NCBI GenBank assembly: GCA_963664115.2 | Contig: CAXWPJ010000009.1 | Location: forward strand, 800,001 to 864,000 | Direction of reading: 5' to 3' | Source of the DNA: Terriglobia bacterium | GTDB lineage: Bacteria > Acidobacteriota > Terriglobia > 20CM-2-55-15 | Length of the DNA: 64,000 nt | Shown: positions 49,942 through 59,030 of the stretch, in pieces | How positions within the stretch are numbered: position 1 is the stretch's first letter | Layout of the letters: every line of letters begins with the position of its first letter | Made by a program: the position numbers and the translations under genes | Notes under the pieces: generated by a model | The model's input: only the letters and a program-made list of their open reading frames with translations | Told to the model about the DNA's origin: nothing | The model's database searches: none

Positions 49942-51093
49942 GTGCCCGAATCCCTTCCCGACAGTCCCACATCTCTGGAATCGTTCTTCGAGCTTTCACG
50001 GGATGAACTCGCCACCGCTCTGGATCCCCCGTTTCGGGCAACACAGCTCTACAAAGCCGTTTACAAGCAATGGATAGCTGAGTTTGACGCGATCACGAAC
50101 CTGCCCAAGTCACTGAGAACAACCCTGAAAGCCAGGTGGAACATCCAAACCCCACCCATCCATAGGACGTTTGAATCCGCCGACGGGACCCGTCGCCACT
50201 TGATCCGTCTCTCAGATGGAGAAATGGCTGAAACCGTTTTTATACCCGAAGAGACCCGGAACACAATCTGCGTTTCCTCCCAGGTCGGCTGCCCTCTGGC
50301 CTGTGGATTCTGCCTGACCGGCCAACTCGGATTCGTCCGCCACCTGAGCCCTGGAGAAATCGTCTCCCAGGTACTCGTCGCCCAAAGGGAAAACCTCGGC
50401 CCAGACAGCACAATCGACGACACGCCTGAGGACGAGCCTACAGACACTCGCGGAGCCAGAGATTTCTATCGCGATCACTTCAACATTGTCCTCATGGGAA
50501 TGGGCGAACCCCTCCACAACTATGACAACGTCATGAAGGCCCTAGCCATCCTGAACGACCCAATGGGTCTCAACGTCTCGATGTCACGCATCGTGCTGTC
50601 GACCGCCGGCTTGATTCCCGAACTACGGCGTCTCGCCCAGGAGCGTCTGATTCCGAACCTGGCGGTCTCACTCACGGGCGCGACGGACCCCACGCGCGAT
50701 CGTCTGATGCCGATCAATCGAACCTACCCGATCAAGGACCTGGTTTCAGTTCTCAGAGACTTTCCCTTCAAGCCCAGGCAGCACGTCATGCTGGAATATG
50801 TCTTGCTCCGAGGCGTGACCGACGCCCCCGATCAGGCTCGGGATCTGGCAGCAATCGCCCGCAAGGTTCGGGCGAAAGTGAACTTGATTCCCCTGAACGA
50901 GTCCCCTGACCTGGAATTCAAACGCCCGGATCAGGCCACCATTGTGCGCTTCCACAAGATTCTCCTGGACGCAGGGATTCCTGTGTTCGTTAGAAAAAGC
51001 CGAGGGGACGACATTTCCGCTGCCTGCGGCCAACTGAAAAAGAAGTGGGCCGAATCCCCTGCCCAGATCGATCTTGCAGTCCTCGAGCTGTAG
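49942..51093 (+). CDS. rlmN: 23S rRNA/tRNA C2-methyltransferase (radical SAM)
   Basis: CVSSQVGCPLACGFC, MGMGEP, NLIP, AACGQL. Confidence 0.95.
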   Translation: MPESLPDSPTSLESFFELSRDELATALDPPFRATQLYKAVYKQWIAEFDAITNLPKSLRTTLKARWNIQTPPIHRTFESADGTRRHLIRLSDGEMAETVFIPEETRNTICVSSQVGCPLACGFCLTGQLGFVRHLSPGEIVSQVLVAQRENLGPDSTIDDTPEDEPTDTRGARDFYRDHFNIVLMGMGEPLHNYDNVMKALAILNDPMGLNVSMSRIVLSTAGLIPELRRLAQERLIPNLAVSLTGATDPTRDRLMPINRTYPIKDLVSVLRDFPFKPRQHVMLEYVLLRGVTDAPDQARDLAAIARKVRAKVNLIPLNESPDLEFKRPDQATIVRFHKILLDAGIPVFVRKSRGDDISAACGQLKKKWAESPAQIDLAVLEL

Positions 51094-51132
51094 CGGAAGG
51101 TTACTGACCAACAGAACCCGCCCGGCGGAACA

Positions 51133-51774
51133 CTATTCACCCCGCGAGTAGCGGCACACGATCACTGCAAGGCCCGAGCCAAGGACTGGCGCGAGCAGGT
51201 AGACCCACACATACTGAAGCTGCCCGCTGACAAGTGCCGGCCCCAGCGACCTGGCCGGGTTCATCGACGCACCGGAAATTGGCCCCCCGAACAGGGCGGC
51301 CAGCCCCACGACAGCTCCAACGGCAAGTCCGGCTGTGGCGCCCTTCTCTTTGGCTCCCGTCGCCACATTGAGAATCGTGAACATCAGGAGGAAAGTGAGA
51401 ACGATCTCCAGCACGAATGACTGTCCGACGCTGCCCGTGGGAAGCGTTGCGCCAAGCGTCGGGTGCGGGCCTAAGAGCACCCGAACCAGGACACTGCCCG
51501 CTAACGCCCCCAGGACTTGACTCGCGACATAGGGAATAATGTCGGCCCCAGGAAAGCGTCCGGCGAGCCAGAAACCTAGTGTTACGGCCGGATTGAGGTG
51601 TGCACCTGATATGTCACCGACGGCGTAGATCATCGCCATCACGACGAGTCCGAAAGTCAGGGCGATCCCGACGTGGGAAACAACCCCAGAACCTGTGTCG
51701 TTCACGACGATGGCGCCTGTTCCCGCGAATACGAGGGCGAAGGTAGCGATCATTTCAGCTGCAAATCTCTGCAC
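51133..51774 (-). CDS. MIP-family channel (NIP-like aquaporin)
   Basis: SGAHLNPAVT and SGASMNPARS NPA boxes; six hydrophobic helices. Confidence 0.92.
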   Translation of the reverse strand: MQRFAAEMIATFALVFAGTGAIVVNDTGSGVVSHVGIALTFGLVVMAMIYAVGDISGAHLNPAVTLGFWLAGRFPGADIIPYVASQVLGALAGSVLVRVLLGPHPTLGATLPTGSVGQSFVLEIVLTFLLMFTILNVATGAKEKGATAGLAVGAVVGLAALFGGPISGASMNPARSLGPALVSGQLQYVWVYLLAPVLGSGLAVIVCRYSRGE

Positions 51775-51882
51775 AAGATCTCCTGGAAGAGATTAAGAAT
51801 TCAGTAGGAGACAGTAACATGGGGGAGATGGGAAGGATCTGGCAGGCGGGGCAAGACAGACAGGAGCCAACGCGTTCGCTGG

Positions 51883-52148
51883 GTTAGAAGTTTGCTGCTA
51901 AATCCTCATACATTACCGCGTACCATCCGATCATCTAATTACTCAGACGCCTCGGCTACCGCCTCGTTGTCCACCCGCAGCGAGGAACGCTGCGGGTTTG
52001 TTTGAAGAATTGGATCAAGCTTTCCTAGTCCCCAATTAAGCCTCTCCATCAGGATGATGGAGAGGGTCGCCGGTCGTTCAGACAGGATGTCTGAAAGAAC
52101 GACCGAGCGAAATCTTATATCTCAATCTTCAATCAGAGGACTCTGATC
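51883..52148. repeat. Multi-hairpin dispersed element, copy 2
   Basis: acccgcagcg-aggaa-cgctgcgggt; ctctccatca-gga-tgatggagag; cggtcgttcagaca-gga-tgtctgaaagaacgaccg; atcaga-ggac-tctgat. Confidence 0.85.
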
Positions 52149-52185
52149 AGCGGGCCTAACTCTGCAACAAGCCTGCGCCGTTGTT

Positions 52186-53466
52186 CTATGCAATACGCTT
52201 CCGGCCATTACGGCTGCGACTGGACCAATTGCGGTTGCCGTTTTTAGGCTGTCGTCCAGGTCGCATGCCACGCACGTTGTTACCGTAGGGCGTGCTGCGG
52301 TTGTCAGAACGCTCGGCGTAATCAGGTTCGAAGCCGGCGACCTTGCGACGCGGGATGGTCTCTCCGATCATGCGTTCGGTGGCGCGAACCCAGTCGCGAT
52401 CGATTCCTGTCACGAACGTGCAGGCGATGCCCTCGAGTTCGGCGCGACCGGTCCGTCCGATGCGATGGGTGTAAGCTTCCGGCGTGTTCGGCACATCGAA
52501 GTTGATCACATGGGAAACACCACTCACATCGATGCCGCGAGCCACGATGTCCGTGGCCACAAGGATGTTGAAGCGGCGCACGCGGAAGCCACTCATGGCA
52601 CGATCGCGTTGGGCCTGTGACATGGATCCCTGCAGACCGATGGCCCGGTGTCCATTCCTGATCAGTTGCTCGGCTAATCGCCGGGCCCGGTGCTTCGTCC
52701 GAGTGAAGACAATGGCCGAATCGCAGTCGTCACCGGTGAGCAAGTGCTCGAGCAGGTCTCTCTTGCGCCTCTCCTCGACCATATACAAGCCATGGTCGAC
52801 GGTGGCAACTGGAGCCCTACCGGCCAGGTCCACCACGTGGGGATCCTTCAGCAGATCGTCGGCCAGCCGGCGAATCTCCCTCGGCATGGTTGCCGAAAAT
52901 AGCAGGTTCTGCCGTCGCTGGGGCATCGGGGCCAGGATCTTGCGAATGTCGGGCAAGAAGCCCATATCGAACATGTGATCGGCCTCATCGAGGACGAGGG
53001 TTTCAATTTGGCCGAGGCGAAGGACTCTCTGCTGTAGCAGGTCGAGCACGCGACCCGGACAGCCCACAATGATCTCCGGGTGCTGGCGTAGCGAATTGAT
53101 CTGGTTTTGCGTTGAGACGCCGCCGTAGACGGTGACTGTCTTCAGACGGGTAAACCGGGACAGTGTGCGGATCTCAGCCGCGATCTGCGTGGCGAGTTCC
53201 CGTGTGGGGGCAAGCACGATAGCTCGAGGGCCCTTGCCCCGCTCCCTGAGGAGCCGGTCAAGCAGCGGCAACGCGAATGCCGCCGTCTTGCCAGTGCCGG
53301 TCTGGGCCAGGCCCAGCACGTCGCGCCCAGCGAGACCCGCGGGGATCGTCTCGATTTGAATCGGTCGGGGATTGTCGAAGCCAATGGCGCGGATACCGCG
53401 AACGAGGGCTTCATGGAGCTCGAACCGGTCGAAACCGGTAGGAGCGGTAGATACTGAACTAGACAT
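52186..53466 (-). CDS. rhlE: DEAD-box RNA helicase (RhlE-like)
   Basis: AQTGTGKT, PTRELA, LDEADHM, FSAT, ARGID, HRIGRTGR; start at 53466 after GGAGAG (alternative start 53487). Confidence 0.9.
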   Translation of the reverse strand: MSSSVSTAPTGFDRFELHEALVRGIRAIGFDNPRPIQIETIPAGLAGRDVLGLAQTGTGKTAAFALPLLDRLLRERGKGPRAIVLAPTRELATQIAAEIRTLSRFTRLKTVTVYGGVSTQNQINSLRQHPEIIVGCPGRVLDLLQQRVLRLGQIETLVLDEADHMFDMGFLPDIRKILAPMPQRRQNLLFSATMPREIRRLADDLLKDPHVVDLAGRAPVATVDHGLYMVEERRKRDLLEHLLTGDDCDSAIVFTRTKHRARRLAEQLIRNGHRAIGLQGSMSQAQRDRAMSGFRVRRFNILVATDIVARGIDVSGVSHVINFDVPNTPEAYTHRIGRTGRAELEGIACTFVTGIDRDWVRATERMIGETIPRRKVAGFEPDYAERSDNRSTPYGNNVRGMRPGRQPKNGNRNWSSRSRNGRKRIA

Positions 53467-53487
53467 CAAAAATTTACTCTCCGCCAT

Positions 53488-53620
53488 ACGCGCACAGGCA
53501 TAACCCGCACGGCAGGGCCGTAGTTTCCGACCCAGACAACAGCTAAGGGTTAGAGGGATTGGTTAGCGACACGACCTCGGAAGGATTAGAAAAGAGGTCC
53601 TGTTGATCGTCGCTGTCGGG
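53488..53620 (-). promoter_or_regulatory. Putative structured 5' leader of the helicase gene
   Basis: Nested stems ccgac/gtcgg, agcgac/gtcgct, gacctc/gaggtc, plus a G-U-rich hairpin at 53491-53511. Confidence 0.4.
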
Positions 53621-53742
53621 CTGACGCCCAATCTAAGCACAACAATGGTAGCTGGTTTGGTCGACTATTACCAGCCCTGCCCCCGGGACGGGAGGATTCG
53701 GCGGCACAATTTCGGCGCTATGAATGCGGCGCTATGAATGCT

Positions 53743-54591
53743 TCATTGTTTTTCAGCGACGATGTAAACGATGAAGGCAGTATCGGCTTCGCCGTGTTCG
53801 GCAGGGGTATATTCGCCGTTGCCTTCCCCGCTCTCCTCCTCGGTTCCCTCCCAGTACACGGTGACGCGTTTGAAGCCCGCCTCCAGCAATATTTCCCGGA
53901 TTTCGGGAAGACTCCACAGACGCCAGTCGTAGGTAAAGGCCCTCTTTATGCGGGAGCCATCTGGGAAAGTGAAGTCGATGTGACACAGGAAATCACCGCT
54001 GATGGGATCGTAGCGTTCCTGATCCCACACGTAATTAAACGTGTCGTGAACCGTTTTTTCGGTCATCTCCTGGTGGGCATCGGAACCACCATAGGCGTCA
54101 AGCATGAATAGGCCATCCGGACCCAGGCCTTTATGGACGGTCCTGAAGTACCGGCGCAGGAGCTTTCGGTCCTTGAAAATCCAGTAGCTGAAGTTCATCG
54201 CAAGTACGACGTCGACGGGCGCGCAATCGACTTTCAGAACGTTGGCTTTCAGGAGCTCGATACGTTTGCTTGCAGGTCCGAGCCCCGCAATGTGGTGTTC
54301 GCGACCCCATTGCTGGACCTCAGCGTCCAGATCGACGCCGATGGCATGATTGCTACGGCGTCGGCGCACCCATTCGCAAGCCGAGTTGCCCGTGCCGCAG
54401 AAGTCTTCGCGTAACCACTTCGCCTGCCGGCCCCGCAATTCAATAAACGTTTCGTCCACGAAGTCGATTTCAGCTTCCGCACACTGCACGGCCTCTTCAT
54501 AGAGCACGTGAGGGTCGGCGCGCTCGGCCATGGTGGGCCCGGATTTCTTAGCCTTCCGATCAGAACCGGAAGCCGACGCTTTGGGAGACAT
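53743..54591 (-). CDS. Class I SAM-dependent methyltransferase
   Basis: LREDFCGTG, GVDLD, NFSY, FTYDWRLWSLPEIRE. Confidence 0.85.
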   Translation of the reverse strand: MSPKASASGSDRKAKKSGPTMAERADPHVLYEEAVQCAEAEIDFVDETFIELRGRQAKWLREDFCGTGNSACEWVRRRRSNHAIGVDLDAEVQQWGREHHIAGLGPASKRIELLKANVLKVDCAPVDVVLAMNFSYWIFKDRKLLRRYFRTVHKGLGPDGLFMLDAYGGSDAHQEMTEKTVHDTFNYVWDQERYDPISGDFLCHIDFTFPDGSRIKRAFTYDWRLWSLPEIREILLEAGFKRVTVYWEGTEEESGEGNGEYTPAEHGEADTAFIVYIVAEKQ

Positions 54592-54666
54592 TCAATAATT
54601 CCTCATGAAAATTAAATGGTGGTGCGTGTCGCCATTTCCTGGGCGACCCGTGCCTGACAGCAGAGG

Positions 54667-54969
54667 CTACATGACGCGGTCGTGCCCCCAGGTCCAGCGG
54701 GCCGATATGTCGAACTCCTTGATCGCGTCCGGATGGGCATGGAGAGTTTGCTTGTTGAAGACCACTCCCAACTCCCGAAGCAGCAGTTCCAGGACCTCGG
54801 AGCCATAGCTCAGACGCGGAAACTCGACCCCGTCCTTGTTGATGTCGAGTACGCGGGTATGGGCTGGGGAAATGACCACACGGCGGAGTGAGCGCAGTTT
54901 CTCGGTCTCGCGGCGAAAGAACTGAGTGAGTTCGGACGCGTCTTCAATGGAGCCGGTGTAAGCGATCAC
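54667..54969 (-). CDS. Small hypothetical protein (start uncertain, GTG 54969)
   Basis: Fills the gap between co-directional genes; protein-like composition and GC3-rich codons. Confidence 0.55.
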   Translation of the reverse strand: MIAYTGSIEDASELTQFFRRETEKLRSLRRVVISPAHTRVLDINKDGVEFPRLSYGSEVLELLLRELGVVFNKQTLHAHPDAIKEFDISARWTWGHDRVM

Positions 54970-54989
54970 AGTATCGAAGGGAATTGAAC

Positions 54990-56123
54990 TCAGTAGGTGT
55001 CGCGAAGCCACCGTACGATTTCATCAATCGTGTTCGGTGCGGCCAGCGAGCGAAGGGTTCCGCCTTGGGCTGAACTGACGGTAATGCGTGATGCGCCGGT
55101 GATGAACTCCCGAACCGCTTGCCCGGTCTCCCGGTCGGGGACGATCAGGTGAGCCATCCTCGGGCTGAACTCGCGTGCAGTTCCAGCCATCGCCAAAGCC
55201 TCATCGAGAACAGGATTGATCGCAACCGCAGATCCAACTTCAGGAAAACGGCCCGCAGCAACCAACGCAAGATTGGCTCCAATGTCCGATCCAATGACGG
55301 CAATCCGGTTCGAGTCCAGGCGGGGCTGGGATTTCAGCCAATCCAGGGCCGGCTCCATGTCCAGAGGAAACTGCCGGGAATCGGTCCGCCATATCTCCGC
55401 CGCGCTTATCTCTTCCTGATTTCGCAGGCGGCTTTGCCCATGCCCCCGGAGATCCAGCGTCATCACCGCCCAGCCTTCCAGCAACAGTCTCTCTTTCAAA
55501 TCGTTCCAGACTGACCGCGTCTCGCCATAGCCGTGAAGCAGCAGTGCCGCGGGTATGGGCGCCGGAATTCCCTCGGGGCTCTCAAAAGAACCCCACAACT
55601 GGACGAGATCAAAGGTTTCAAGCGTTAGCGCTCCCGGTTCGTCCGCTTCAGTGATGGCGGCCGGTATGATCGTCACGTCCAGTTCGAACGACAGCACGTT
55701 GTCGGGCCGGTCCAAGAATTTGCTTACGACTCGCCTTTCCGATTCCTTACCTTCGAACTCCGCATAAACCTCATAGTCAACACCGGGAGGCAGACCATTC
55801 ACCGCGTACACGCCACTATCGTCGGTGAAATGTGTCCGGGTCACACCCGTGTCCACATTGAGAATAGAAACGCGGGCGCCAGGAATCGCTTGTCCACGTA
55901 AGTCGGAAACCACACCTGTAATGTTCTTGGGGCGGGGCGGGATGGGACGTTGCGCCGATTCAGCAATCCCAACGACCGCAAACAAGAGAACCAGCACACC
56001 CAGGATGCGCCGGGGGCTTCGGCCCCGATCCAGTGGAACAATTGGATCCAGAGGAAAAACCGGTGGAAATACCGGTGGAAATAATGGATGGATGGTATCG
56101 CGCATTACAGTCATCCCAATCAT
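54990..56123 (-). CDS. Secreted carboxypeptidase-regulatory-like domain fused to an alpha/beta-hydrolase fold
   Basis: ITGVVSDLRGQAIPGARV...TDDSGVY; LLHGYG, DLRGHGQS, RIAVIGSDIGAN; start uncertain. Confidence 0.8.
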   Translation of the reverse strand: MIGMTVMRDTIHPLFPPVFPPVFPLDPIVPLDRGRSPRRILGVLVLLFAVVGIAESAQRPIPPRPKNITGVVSDLRGQAIPGARVSILNVDTGVTRTHFTDDSGVYAVNGLPPGVDYEVYAEFEGKESERRVVSKFLDRPDNVLSFELDVTIIPAAITEADEPGALTLETFDLVQLWGSFESPEGIPAPIPAALLLHGYGETRSVWNDLKERLLLEGWAVMTLDLRGHGQSRLRNQEEISAAEIWRTDSRQFPLDMEPALDWLKSQPRLDSNRIAVIGSDIGANLALVAAGRFPEVGSAVAINPVLDEALAMAGTAREFSPRMAHLIVPDRETGQAVREFITGASRITVSSAQGGTLRSLAAPNTIDEIVRWLRDTY

Positions 56124-56174
56124 CGATCCCCTTGCCGCGCCGTTTCGAGCCTCAGTGGTTTCTGCCTGGGGTTG

Positions 56175-56699
56175 TTAGTTTTGGAGCAGTCGTTGGATGA
56201 CCGCTTCGGTCTCTTCGTATCGCCCGATGCCGGTATGGCTCAGCTGAATGACGCCTTCCTGATCCACAACGTAGTGTGTCGGCCATGCGTTACATACGTA
56301 GTCCAACCAGGTCAGGTACTCGTGGTCGATGGTCACTGGGTATTCGATTCCCTTTGCAACAACCGCACGGCGAACATCGTCAACGTTTTTCTCAAACTCG
56401 CCCCGTGGCGTATGCACGCCGATGATCACCAGCCCCTGATCCGCATACTTCGCGTGCAGGTCCTTAATATGTGGCAGCGTCTTTGCGCACTCGGGACAAT
56501 CCCAGGCCCAGAAGTCGATCAAAACGACTTTCCCCCTCAGTGCCTCCAGGGTCATGGGCTCTGAGTTGATCCACTCACTGGTCTTCAAGGCCGGTGCCAT
56601 CTGGCCGACGAAGGCGTCGTCGGGGTGTTGCGCCCCAGCGTTAACCGTAAACAGCAACATGATGGCCACGAAGCTCAAGCCTGGCAATTTTCCCAGCAT
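56175..56699 (-). CDS. Secreted redoxin (TlpA/DipZ-like)
   Basis: Start MLGKL after GGAG; DFWAWDCPEC; GVHTP; AWPT. Confidence 0.88.
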   Translation of the reverse strand: MLGKLPGLSFVAIMLLFTVNAGAQHPDDAFVGQMAPALKTSEWINSEPMTLEALRGKVVLIDFWAWDCPECAKTLPHIKDLHAKYADQGLVIIGVHTPRGEFEKNVDDVRRAVVAKGIEYPVTIDHEYLTWLDYVCNAWPTHYVVDQEGVIQLSHTGIGRYEETEAVIQRLLQN

Positions 56700-56878
56700 C
56701 GATTTCTCCATTGCTTGAGTGATAAACACCGCTCCATTTTGTCACAGTCTAAATTGGGAAGCTACTATCGCGGTGTCATCGTGATCTGTTGGTTTGGAAG
56801 TTTCGCTGGGGGGAGAGGGAGGATTCCGCTCGGCCCAGTCATGTGCTTATTCGGATACGTCAGTTCAACCTTAAGCAC

Positions 56879-57049
56879 TGACGCCTCGGCTGCTGCCTCG
56901 TTGTCCACCCGCAGCGAGGAACGCTACGGGTTTTATTAAAGAACTACATCAACATTTCTTGTTCCCCAATACGCCTCTCCATCAGGATGATGGAGAGGGT
57001 CGCCGGTCGTTCAGACAGGATGTCTGAAAGAACGACCGAGCGCAATCTT
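56879..57049. repeat. Multi-hairpin dispersed element, copy 3
   Basis: Near-identical to 51946-52116 in the hairpin regions. Confidence 0.85.
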
Positions 57050-57107
57050 CGTGCCGGCCAGCAACTGAACTTCAATCGAGACACCCTTAGTCATCCAGCC
57101 ATCGACC

Positions 57108-57629
57108 TCACCTACTCCGTACCCCCACGAGCGTCGCTATTGCCCGATCCGCATCGATTGATTCCTCGTAGTGCAGCACTTCCAGATTTTGGAACATGCG
57201 CCGGAGTTCGTCGGTTTCGAGCAGAAAGTCCCGACGAGGTCGCGTTTGACCGAGGACGTCGTGATGGGCTGTCGTAAAGGTTCGAAAGTAGAGAATACCT
57301 CCCGGTCGCAGTGCCTCCGCATACTGCTCCGCCAGCGGTCGGCAGAGAAAGTAGGTGTTTACGATGGCGTCGACCGACGCCGGCAACAACGACATGTTCT
57401 CTACGTCGGATTGGACGACCTTAACCGGCAATCCTTCTCTCTCGACGGATTCGCGAAGCGCGGTGAGTGCGTCGACCGATCGGTCCATTGCGACGACGCG
57501 GCATCCACTGCGACCGAAGAAAAGGCTATGACGGCCGGAACCACAGGCGAGGTCCAGAACCTCCGGTGTCGTCGCTTGGCTCACTAACCGGTCTGCGAAA
57601 CGAAGTATGAAATCTTCAGGTGGCTTCAT
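57108..57629 (-). CDS. Class I SAM-dependent methyltransferase (TehB-like)
   Basis: Start MKPPEDF; VLDLACGSGRH, MDRS, LRPGGILY. Confidence 0.85.
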   Translation of the reverse strand: MKPPEDFILRFADRLVSQATTPEVLDLACGSGRHSLFFGRSGCRVVAMDRSVDALTALRESVEREGLPVKVVQSDVENMSLLPASVDAIVNTYFLCRPLAEQYAEALRPGGILYFRTFTTAHHDVLGQTRPRRDFLLETDELRRMFQNLEVLHYEESIDADRAIATLVGVRSR

Positions 57630-57664
57630 GCGTCTTTGGAAACACGAGTGCTTGACATCAGGCG

Positions 57665-58804
57665 ATGGTCGATACCGAAACCACAGACGCAGACCTTCGC
57701 CGGAGAAAGGCCTTCCTGCAAATCCGATTGGCGGCTGGCCTGGGTCTCCGGTCGATACACCGGCTGGTCGACGAGATTCGAAATCCACAAGATATTCTAT
57801 CTCTCACGACTCGAGAACTCACTGCGAAGGCCGTCCCGGGGAAGGTTGCGCGGGATTTGCTTTCGTCCGAAGCGCGGGAACGGGCTGACGAGGAGTGGGA
57901 GCGTGCCTGTTCTCTCGGCATTCGGATTATCGACATCCGGGATCCCTCCTACCCGGCATTATTACTTGAGACATATGACCCGCCCGTCGTCCTTTATGTG
58001 CGTAGCAATGACAGTAAAGGTTGGGATCCCCGGCGGCCTCACGTAGCGGTGGTTGGAGCCAGACGGGCCAGCGCCTACGGCATCAACTGCGCAGAGCACA
58101 TCGCGCGCAACCTGGCCGGGCTGGGGATCGTCATCGTATCGGGCCTGGCTCGGGGCATCGACGCCGCAGCACATCGCGGGGCCCTCTCGGACGGGGATAC
58201 CGTAGCCGTGTGTGGCACGGGGCTGGATAGAGTTTACCCATCCGAAAATCGCAAGCTTAGCGAGTCCATTCTCGCCAATGGCGCTCTATTGTCGGAATTT
58301 CCGCTGGGAACGCCCCCACTGCCGGCTAACTTTCCCATGCGCAATCGGATACTGGCCGGCATGACGCTCGCGACGATCGTCGTCGAGGCCGGGGAGCGCT
58401 CCGGTTCGCTGATCACCGCCCGGCTCGCTCTGGAAGCGAATCGCGAGGTGTTTGCGGTGCCCGGTCCGATTTTCTCTCCGCGTAGCTTCGGCCCGCATTC
58501 CCTGATCCGGCAGGGCGCGTGCCTGGTCGCGGATTGGAAAGATGTGATCGAAGAATTGGGCGAGAAGGTTCTTGGGGCACTCGACCTGTCTGAAGGTGCT
58601 TCGTGTCCCGATGAGACCGAATTGTCCGATCCACAGCGTACGGTCCGAGATGCCCTTTCGGCCTCGGAGGAGACCGCGATCGACACCTTGCTTTCGAAGC
58701 TCGACCTCCCTCGAAGCGAAATTTATTCGGCGCTGCTTGACCTGGAACTGTCGGGTCGTATCAGGCAACTTCCAGGGGACCGATACATCCTCAGGCTATC
58801 GTAA
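57665..58804 (+). CDS. dprA: DNA-processing protein DprA
   Basis: YPALL...DPP, VVGARRAS, VSGLARGIDAAAH, FPMRNR, SGSLITA, C-terminal wHTH. Confidence 0.96.
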   Translation: MVDTETTDADLRRRKAFLQIRLAAGLGLRSIHRLVDEIRNPQDILSLTTRELTAKAVPGKVARDLLSSEARERADEEWERACSLGIRIIDIRDPSYPALLLETYDPPVVLYVRSNDSKGWDPRRPHVAVVGARRASAYGINCAEHIARNLAGLGIVIVSGLARGIDAAAHRGALSDGDTVAVCGTGLDRVYPSENRKLSESILANGALLSEFPLGTPPLPANFPMRNRILAGMTLATIVVEAGERSGSLITARLALEANREVFAVPGPIFSPRSFGPHSLIRQGACLVADWKDVIEELGEKVLGALDLSEGASCPDETELSDPQRTVRDALSASEETAIDTLLSKLDLPRSEIYSALLDLELSGRIRQLPGDRYILRLS

Positions 58805-59030
58805 GGAACAACCGCCTCGGCCTCCGTTGCATGAGGACTGGAAGCAGGACACTGAGGTCAGCCTCAATATATGATCGCGTCTCCACGGATAAGTTTTTCG
58901 GCCTTCTAGTTGCAGCATAAATAAAGTGTTTAGCAAGAAGACGCAAAAGACATGGTTGATTTTTTGCTCGGCAGGACTTAATAACTTACATGTCTCGCCG
59001 GTCTCACCGGTCCGGGATTAGGTTCGCAAT

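Noticed and set aside
50390-50475. Acidic insertion in RlmN before NIVLMGMGEP
   Set aside because: In frame, in a variable loop, with no match to the IS or repeats seen by eye
53713-53740. 14-bp tandem duplication CGGCGCTATGAATG after the methyltransferase stop
   Set aside because: Only two units; consistent with simple slippage
56025-56090. 12- and 18-bp repeats encoding FPPVFPPVFPLDPIVPLD at the hydrolase 5' end
   Set aside because: Low-complexity, in-frame slippage in a region where the start codon is uncertain
56804-56832. Resemblance to the reverse complement of a tRNA 3' end (ctggggggagagggaggattcc)
   Set aside because: No intact T-loop or cloverleaf and no partner att site
58910-58937. 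dif-like half site (TTGCAGCATAA) upstream of topA, near xerC
   Set aside because: The XerD arm does not match TTATGTTAAAT; it is probably just AT-rich promoter DNA
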